From: Octopus sinensis
Taxonomy: Eukaryota
Reading direction: 5' to 3'
Length of the DNA: 28,125 nucleotides
Assembly (NCBI RefSeq): GCF_006345805.1
Contig: NW_021833543.1
Span: 1-28,125, forward strand
Shown here: one piece after another, positions 20,765 to 28,125 of the stretch
Layout: every line of letters starts with the position of its first letter
Position numbering within the stretch: the stretch's first letter is position 1
Translations under genes and position numbers: made by a program
The notes under the pieces: generated by a model
Databases searched by the model: none
Told to the model about the DNA's origin: nothing
What the model saw: only the letters and a program-made list of their open reading frames with translations

Positions 20765-21345
20765 CACATCTCACTCCTCTGGAACTTCACCATTCAAACT
20801 GACAGAAAGATAGATGCGAATAGGCCAGACATCATAGTAAAAGACTTCAGACAAAAAACATGCCTCCTCATTGATATGACTGTCCCAATTGATATAAACG
20901 TATCTGTCAAGACCTACCAGCAACTGGGCAAATAGAAAGATCTGGAAATAGAAATCAGCAAAATGTGGAACCTGAAGACTAAAACAATGCCTGTTGTCAT
21001 AGGTTCCCTGGGAATGATTGCAAAAGGGGCTGATTGCTACCTAACTCAGATACCAGGAAACCCCAAAATGGCAGAAATTCAAAAGATAGTGCTCATGGGA
21101 ACTGCTCATATCCTACGCAAATTACTTTCTATGTAATCTCAAGTTTTAAAACAAACATAATTTTCGTATGGTTTTTTAGACATTCACTAGTACAACACTA
21201 AGTACAAAACCAAATATATAGCACACTAGGCATAACACCAACATGAACTTCCAACTTGTTGTCTCTTGGGGTCTCTGGGTGAGACTTGGAGCCAACTTGT
21301 ACAAATATAAAGCAAAAGTCAAACATAGAATAATAATAATAATAA
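20762..21345 (+). mobile_element. 5'-truncated R4/Dong-type non-LTR retrotransposon: restriction-like endonuclease domain, 3' UTR and (TAA)n
   Basis: Frame 20762-21136 reads NHISLLWNFTIQTDRKIDANRPDIIVKDFRQKTCLLIDMTVPIDINVSVKTYQQLGK*KDLEIEISKMWNLKTKTMPVVIGSLGMIAKG...IQKIVLMGTAHILRKLLSM*. It carries the RPD..D..K PD-(D/E)xK RLE motif. One premature TAG at 20933 replaces the conserved Tyr. TAA repeats lie on both sides. Confidence 0.88.
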
Positions 21346-21351
21346 AAATAG

Positions 21352-21590
21352 TGTTGTATTTAGGAATGGTCATTTTGCCAGTTTAGCCAATAAAAAATAC
21401 ACGCACTATATATTTGGTGTTACTTTGCTTCAGTGTTATTTATTTTTTACATTAATCTTAATCTTATTTTGGCCATAAGATTAAGATTAATGTAAAAAGT
21501 AAATAATGCTGAAGCAAAGTAACACCAAATATATAGTGCGTGTGTTTTTTATTGGCTAAACTGGCAAAATGACCATTCCTAAATACAACA
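21352..21590. repeat. 239-bp foldback: 116-bp arms with a 7-nt loop
   Basis: 21352-21467 pairs with 21475-21590 with 4 mismatches. Loop is tttggcc. Confidence 0.95.
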
Positions 21591-21646
21591 ATATCTGTTT
21601 GAACACACGATTTCACATCAAAAATCTTACGAAACAAATATATAAA

Positions 21647-21960
21647 TGTAATAATAATAATAATAATCATGGTTTGCCTTGGTGCAAAAAATGGGCTATG
21701 GCAAATACTCTGCTCAGTACCTCAGATTTGCTTGTCAGTTGTTTGACCTTAACTAGTTGAGCATGTTCCTTACTGGCTGACGATATGTGCATCTCTGATC
21801 ACGAGCAGAAGTAGTGGGGGAGCATCATAGCCATGTGTTGAAAGGAATTCTTTGGGGTTTCAATAATTCACCTCTGGAAACATGGGTGGTTCGTTCAACA
21901 TCCTTAAACAACCCTTATTCAGGAACCTTTTTTGAGAGGGATGGGCTACTCAGCCTGAAG
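21647..21960 (-). mobile_element. Probable retroposed repeat fragment with (TTA)n tail, family unassigned
   Basis: A more GC-rich block that ends, on the minus strand, in a (TTA)n run. No second copy in the window. Confidence 0.3.
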
Positions 21961-21969
21961 AAAATTGTA

Positions 21970-22394
21970 GAGAGTAGTATGGCTGTACATTTGGGAAGTT
22001 CGCTTTACAATCATGTGGTTTTAGGTTCAGTCTCACTGCACAGCACCCTGGGTAAGTGTCTTCTACTATAGCCCCAGACCAGTCAATGCCTTGGAGTGAA
22101 TTTGGTAGATGGAAACTGTGCAGAATCTTAGTGTGTATGTGTGTGTATGCATATGTATGTATATGTATGTATGTGTGTGTGGTGTGTGTGTGTGTTGTTT
22201 GTTCATTCCCCTCCTCACATCTTGGCAATTGTTGCAGGTTGCTTACATACACTATAACTTAGCAGTTCAGCAAAAGAGACTGATAGAATAAGTACCAGAC
22301 TTTAAAACATGGTATTAGGGTCGATTTGTTTGATTAAATCCTTCAGGACACTGTCCCACCACAGTCCAAATACCAAAAGAAGTAAAAAATAAAA
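21970..22394 (+). mobile_element. Old family A-like SINE, decayed
   Basis: ggttttaggttcagtctcactgcacagcaccctgggtaagtgtcttctactatagcc...gatagaataagtacc..ggggtcgatttg-type motifs. Confidence 0.8.
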
Positions 22395-22428
22395 GTCAAA
22401 CAAAAAATAAAAAATAAAAATTTGTTTT

Positions 22429-22860
22429 CACTTAGAAACGTCTACATACCAGTGTCTCCTTATGAAAGGATTGACAATACACAAATGTCCACTTAAAAGT
22501 GTTTACACAAAAACTTCACCTTACAAATTGATTGACATTTGACAAATGTCCACTTGGAAATGTCTACATACTTATGTCCATTTGGGAATGCTGACACAGA
22601 ACTGTCATCTTACAAGTTGTCTTACAAAAAGACAAATGTCTACTTGGAGATATCTACATACAACTGTCACCTTACAAATTGACTGAAAACAGACAAATGT
22701 CTACATACTAATGTTGATTTGGGAATGCTTACACAGAACTGTCATCTTACAAGTTGACTGATAATAGACAAATGTCTACTTTGAGATATCTACACAGAAC
22801 TGTCACCTTACAAATTGACTGAAAACAGACAAATGTCCACTTAGAAATATTTACACGCAA
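22429..22860. repeat. 61-bp minisatellite with higher-order (short/long) alternation
   Basis: The (g)acaaatgtc anchor occurs at 22480, 22541, 22631, 22692, 22767 and 22828, giving spacings of 61, 90, 61, 75 and 61. Confidence 0.9.
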
Positions 22861-23049
22861 TTGCCTGTTTATAAAAAGATAAGATTTCTCAAATAAACTT
22901 CAGCAATGATTGAGGAGTATGTCTTTCAAATGAGAGATGACGGAGGCCATCTTTCTCTCATTCAATTCATCATTAACCAGTTGTTACGTGATTAACATAA
23001 CAAATAAGATTGTTTTGGACAGATTTCTTTTTTATGTGTCTGTCTCGGT

Positions 23050-23640
23050 GTATATAGTGTGTATGTGGTATGTGTGTGTATATATGTGAGTGTGCGTGTG
23101 TATATTGGTGTGTCCTTATATGTGCATATGTGTGTGTATTTATGTGGTGTGTGTATGTGTAGTATGTGTATGTAGTGTTATGTATCTGTTTATATGTGTA
23201 TGCATGTTTATATGGTATACATATACATGTGGTGTACTTCTATGTATGTATGTGTAAGTGTAAATGTGGTGTGTGTATGTGTGTACATGTACAATTGTTT
23301 GCATGCTTCTATGTTGCATGTGGTACGTGCATGTGTGTGTGTGTGTGTGTGTGTGTCGTGCATGTAGTGTATGTCTGTGTATATATTTATATATGTGTGT
23401 GTTGTGTGTATGAATGTTAAAATTCTCATCTGTAGGTTGTGTTTCCTTGTGTATCAGTGTGTGAACATATTGATATGTGTGCATGAATATGAATATATAT
23501 GTGTATATATGTGCATCACTTTTTCGTGTGTAAATGTATGTGTACGTGTTCAATTCTGCAGGTTGCATACACATGTATATATGTTGATACATGCATATGC
23601 ATGTGTCTCTATAAATGTATGGGCATATGGTGTACTACAT
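23050..23640. repeat. Degenerate (TG)n/(TATG)n field
   Basis: Read directly from the sequence. Confidence 0.9.
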
Positions 23641-23682
23641 AAGGTATGTACTCATAAATATATATTAGTAGATTTGTACATA

Positions 23683-23853
23683 GGCACAGGAGTGGCTGTG
23701 TGGTAAGTAGCTTGTTTACCAACCACATGGTTCCGGGTTCAGTCCCACTGCGTGGCACCTTGGGCAAGTGTCTTCTGCTATAGCTCCAGGCCGACTAATG
23801 CCTTGTGAGTGGATTTGGTAGACGGAAACTGAAAGAAGCCTGTCGTATATATG

Positions 23854-23886
<33 letters not shown>

Positions 23887-24696
23887 TTGTTTGTCTGTGT
23901 TTGTCCCCTAGCATTGCTTGACAACTGATGCTGGTCTGTTTACGTCCCCGTCACTTAGCTGTTCGGCAAAAGAGGCCGATAGAATAAGTCCTGGGCTTAC
24001 AAAGAATAAGTCCCGGGGTCGATTTGCTCGACTAAAGGCAGTGCACCAGCATGGCCACAGTCAAAGGACTGAAACAAGTAAAACAGTAAAAGAGAATAAG
24101 TAGAATAAGTACTAGGTTTACAAAGAATAAGTCCCGGGGTCGATTTGCTCGACTAAAGGCGGTGCTCCAGCATGGCGCAGTCAAAGGACTGAAACAAGTA
24201 AAACAGTAAAGGAATAAGTAGATAAGTACTAGGTTTACAAAGAATAAGTCCTGGGGTCGATTTGCTCGACTAAAGGCGGTGCACCAGCATGGCCACAGTC
24301 AAAGGACTGAAACAAGTAAAACAGTAAAAGAGAATAAGTAGAATAAGTACTAGGTTTACAAAGAATAAGTCCTGGAGTCGATTTGCTCGACTAAAGGCGG
24401 TGCTGCAGCATGGCCACAGTCAAAGGACTGAAACAAGTAAAAGAGTAAAAGAGAATAAGTAGAATAAGTACTAGGTTTACAAAGAATAAGTCCTGGAGTC
24501 GATTTGCTCGACTAAAGGCGGTGCTGCAGCATGGCCACAGTCAAAGGACTGAAACAAGTAAAAGAGTAAAAGAGAATAAGTAGAATAAGTACTAGGTTTA
24601 CAAAGAATAAGTCCTGGAGTCGATTTGCTCGACTAAAGGCGGTGCTCCAGCATGGCCATAGTCAAAGGACTGAAACAAGTAAAACAGTAAAAGAGT
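23683..24696 (+). mobile_element. Family A SINE with its 3'-terminal ~121 bp tandemly repeated six times
   Basis: Units start at 23980, 24101, 24219, 24339, 24460 and 24581. Confidence 0.93.
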
Positions 24697-25154
24697 ATGT
24701 GTGTCTTTAAGTATGTCTGTGTATTTTTGCATATGTGGAGCTTTAAGTATTCATTCTTCTATCTGTGTATGTGTATGCATGTTTGTAATAGTGCACTTTA
24801 TGATTGCGTTTGTATGCGTGTATGTCAGTCGACTTGTGTATGTGTAGATGTGTGTGCTAGTACTTGTGTGTGTGCGTGTATGTCAACTTGTGTATATGAA
24901 GCTGTGTGTGTTAGTCTATACTGTGAAATTGTAAATTAGGTGAGACTCTCTGAGACCCATCCCATGTAAACATGCAAGAGAAAGTACAATAATTTTATAT
25001 ATATATTATATATATACATACATATATACATATGTAGACATACACACATACGCACATATTCAGATGGATAGATAGATAGATAGATACATGCATACATACA
25101 TACATACATATATATAGTAAATGAAAGACAAAAGTTGGAATATACGAGAATATA

Positions 25155-25271
25155 TTATTAATCACAACAATTGTTTCAGCACATCTAGCATTGATTCCTC
25201 TTGGGTGAGACACTAACAACTGGTTCAGGGGCATCCGGTGGTGCGGATGTATCTCGTCAGGTGATAAATAA
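25155..25271 (-). ncRNA. Type I hammerhead-ribozyme-like motif (tandem minimal copies, partly decayed), possibly from a Penelope-like element or retrozyme
   Basis: Minus strand: TTATTTATCAC-CTGACGA-GATACATC...GATGTGCT-GAAAC-AATT-GTT-GTGATTAATAA. Stem I has 10/11 pairs, both core segments are intact, helix III is palindromic (CAATTG), and the cleavage triplet is GUU. Confidence 0.5.
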
Positions 25272-25449
25272 ATACAACTCGTTAAAATGAGTGTTCTGCA
25301 ACGTAACTTTCCATTTTATAGAGAGAGAAAAGCAGCCACATGGAGGAAATATCTTCATTTATATAGAAGATCCAAAATAAAATAATTATTAGGAAGATGT
25401 AAATTTTAAATTCCTATGTCCACAAATTTTTAGATGGGAAATGTGAGTG

Positions 25450-25580
25450 TGTACACACACACACATACGTGTGTACATGCACACACACACACATATGTGT
25501 CTACATGCACACACACACACATACGTGTGTACATGCACACACACACACATACTTGTGTACATGCACACACACACACTCTC
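25450..25580. repeat. 28-bp minisatellite, about 4.5 copies
   Basis: tacatgc at 25474, 25502, 25530 and 25558. Confidence 0.9.
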
Positions 25581-25658
25581 AAACATATACACACACGTAT
25601 ATATTTACAAACACAGACGCCTTACGTATTGGTATTTATGTATAAGCTTATACATTTA

Positions 25659-26039
25659 CTAGCAGTATCGCCCGGCGTTGCTCAGGTTTGTAAGGGAAAT
25701 AACTATAAAGCATTTTTAGAGAGTTATAGCAAAAAAAATAGCAAAAAAATGGAAAAAAAATGATGGTAAATTTTTTGAGAGTTAAAAAAGGTGGAGTTGC
25801 GTCCCCTAGACGGTCTGTGGTTTGGGTTTCTGATTCTCGACCCCATGTCGAATTTATCGATTTTTTTCAGAACTGGGGGAACTTTTCAAATTTTCGCTGC
25901 GTTAGTCTTGAATTATGACATTGGGCTATGTGTGTGTCAAGTTTCATCAGAATCCGGTTGAAAGCCGTGGTCAGAGTGAGTCACGAGAAAACAGACACAC
26001 AGAAACACGCACAGACAACTGCCTTTTATATAGAGGAGA
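25659..26039 (-). mobile_element. Non-autonomous canonical Helitron
   Basis: The minus strand begins A|TC(tcctctatataaaa) and ends with the GC hairpin cctgagcaacgccggg plus about 8 nt plus CTAG|T. Inserted between A and T with no TSD. Confidence 0.8.
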
Positions 26040-26045
26040 TAAACA

Positions 26046-26048
26046 TGT

Positions 26049-26079
<31 letters not shown>

Positions 26080-26465
26080 CAGAGAGAGAGAGAGATAAAC
26101 ATACATAGATACATACATATATATATATATATACATAAATGCATACATGCATATTATATATATATATATATATATATGTATGCATGTATATATACATTTG
26201 TATCATAGCACATGCAGAGCCTGTGCATCCCTTAGTATAGCAGTGTATATTTTCAATGCGATATATAGACATCATGTGCAGGAGACAAGCACATAATATC
26301 TTGTGTACGAATAGATGGAAAGTATTTATTTTATCAGAAAATACTTTAAACGTAATCCATTCTTTTCACCTTTGTTCACTTTTCTGTCTCATCCACTTAC
26401 TGTCTTTGTCGTGTGTCCTCACTTTCTCATTTGTACATACGCATGTTTATATGTATCTAGGTTTA

Positions 26466-26538
<73 letters not shown>

Positions 26539-26657
26539 ATATATGTTTATATGTCTTAGATTTATATATATATAATATCTAGATATATATATATATATAT
26601 ATACACACACGTGTGTGTGTGCATCTGTGTTTGTGTATATGTATGTATATGTGGTAT

Positions 26658-26692
<35 letters not shown>

Positions 26693-26745
26693 CACATATA
26701 TGTATGTATACACACATACACACACACACATATATATATATATAT

Positions 26746-26779
<34 letters not shown>

Positions 26780-26883
26780 ATACGCATATATACATTAATA
26801 CATACATATTTACAAAATATGTTTCTTTAAATTATGATATATATATATGTGTGTGTGTGTGTGTGTTTCTATTATATATATAT

Positions 26884-26914
<31 letters not shown>

Positions 26915-27075
26915 AATATATATATGTATATATATATATATATGTATATATATGTATACAAATAATTCATATATATTGTATGTGTCTATGTATATATATA
27001 TATATAGTATATATGTATTATATATATATGTACATATAAATATATATACGTACATATATATATATATATATACAT
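26046..27075. repeat. (TA)n/(GA)n/(TG)n/(CA)n fields (26046-26210 and about 26465-27075)
   Basis: Read directly from the sequence. Confidence 0.9.
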
Positions 27076-27139
27076 AAATGAGTCATGCTCACTAACACTG
27101 CTGCGACGTAACAACTCACATCCATCCATCGCTATGCAG

Positions 27140-27179
<40 letters not shown>

Positions 27180-27470
27180 ATGTGCATGCACACGCAGCTA
27201 TACACACCCATTCTGCTCTCACTTCCTCTAATACTCTTTCTTCCAACAATAGCTTCTTACCGTTGTTATCAATGACGAAATTTCCGTGTTCTTTCGAGAC
27301 TCGTTCAGAACACAAGGCCTATGACACAGTCACGACAACAAGGGAAAAAGTCTGTTTGTCTGCCTGTCTGTTTTTGTATGTTATTCGGTGTGTCAGTGTG
27401 TCCGTGTGTGTGCGTGTGTAGTGTATTTGTATGCTCACATTTTTGCAGGTGCTTGTATGAGCAAGTGTAC

Positions 27471-27850
27471 TCAATGGCCCAGTGGTTAGGGCAGCGGACT
27501 CGCGGTCATAAGATCGCGGTTTCGATTCCCAGACAGGGCGTTGTGAGTGTTTATTGAGCGAAAACACCTAAAACGCTCCACGAGGCTCCGGCAGGGGATG
27601 GTGGTGATCCCTGCTGTACTCTTTTCACCACAACTTTCTCTCACTCTTACTTCCTGTTTCTGTTGCACCTGTATTTCAAAGGGCCAGCCTTGTCACTCTC
27701 TGTGTCACGCTGAATATCCCCGAGAACTACGTTAAGGGTGCACGTGTCTGTGGAGTGCTCAGCCACTTGCACGTTAACTTCATGAGCAGGCTGTTCCGTT
27801 GATTCGGATCAACCGGAACCCTCATCGTCGTAACCGACAGAGTGCTTCCA
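27471..27850 (+). mobile_element. Family C tRNA-derived SINE, first few nt missing
   Basis: About 96% identical to 6551-6932 by manual comparison. Confidence 0.92.
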
Positions 27851-28125
27851 CTCGTGCCATGCAGCTTGCCCAAGGGCATTTATACATTCATACCTGTTAA
27901 TGGTTATTTTTAATACTTTTCTTATTGGATTGTGTGTTCGTTTCTCTTTTTGTCATCTGTGATTTTATTTCGGATAATTATGCACAGGGAGTGAATGCAT
28001 GCTCTTCTCTGGTGCCACATCTCATGAATGAACCTGTTTTGGAACCAAACAGTGACTAGTGATGAGAAATGGGTTTTCTATTAAAATGTCAAGTGCTGAT
28101 GACAATGGGTAGGGAAAGGAAAAAC

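Noticed and set aside
23980-24696. CRISPR-like or coding tandem array
   Set aside because: The units are contiguous near-identical SINE tails with no unique spacers, in a eukaryotic context.
20-27039. Dozens of ORFs rich in YI, CV, HT, poly-H, poly-V, poly-T or poly-P
   Set aside because: They are translations of di- and trinucleotide repeats that lack stops. There is no domain content or splice structure.
27466-27476. Shared tactcaatg at both family C insertion sites as a target preference
   Set aside because: In the second copy caatg belongs to the element itself, leaving only a 4-bp match.

Overview
A repeat-saturated, AT-rich eukaryotic window with no complete protein-coding gene. Nearly all long ORFs in the track are translations of microsatellites. 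From recall, the SINE families and microsatellite load look like an octopus (coleoid cephalopod) genome; this is an inference, not a database result. Contents: (i) decayed autonomous-element fragments, namely a CR1-type LINE 3' end, a mariner transposase fragment, and a 5'-truncated R4/Dong-type retrotransposon sitting in a (TAA)n tract; (ii) about 25 copies or fragments of at least five SINE-like families (here called A to E), several with tandemly multimerised internal or 3' modules; (iii) two non-autonomous rolling-circle elements, one canonical Helitron and one Helentron/DINE-1-like; (iv) two young near-perfect palindromes and two old inverted-repeat pairs broken up by nested insertions; (v) many micro- and minisatellites; (vi) a few weak candidate + strand terminal exons. 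The most unusual signal is a tandem, partly decayed type I hammerhead-ribozyme-like motif on the minus strand at 25155-25271.
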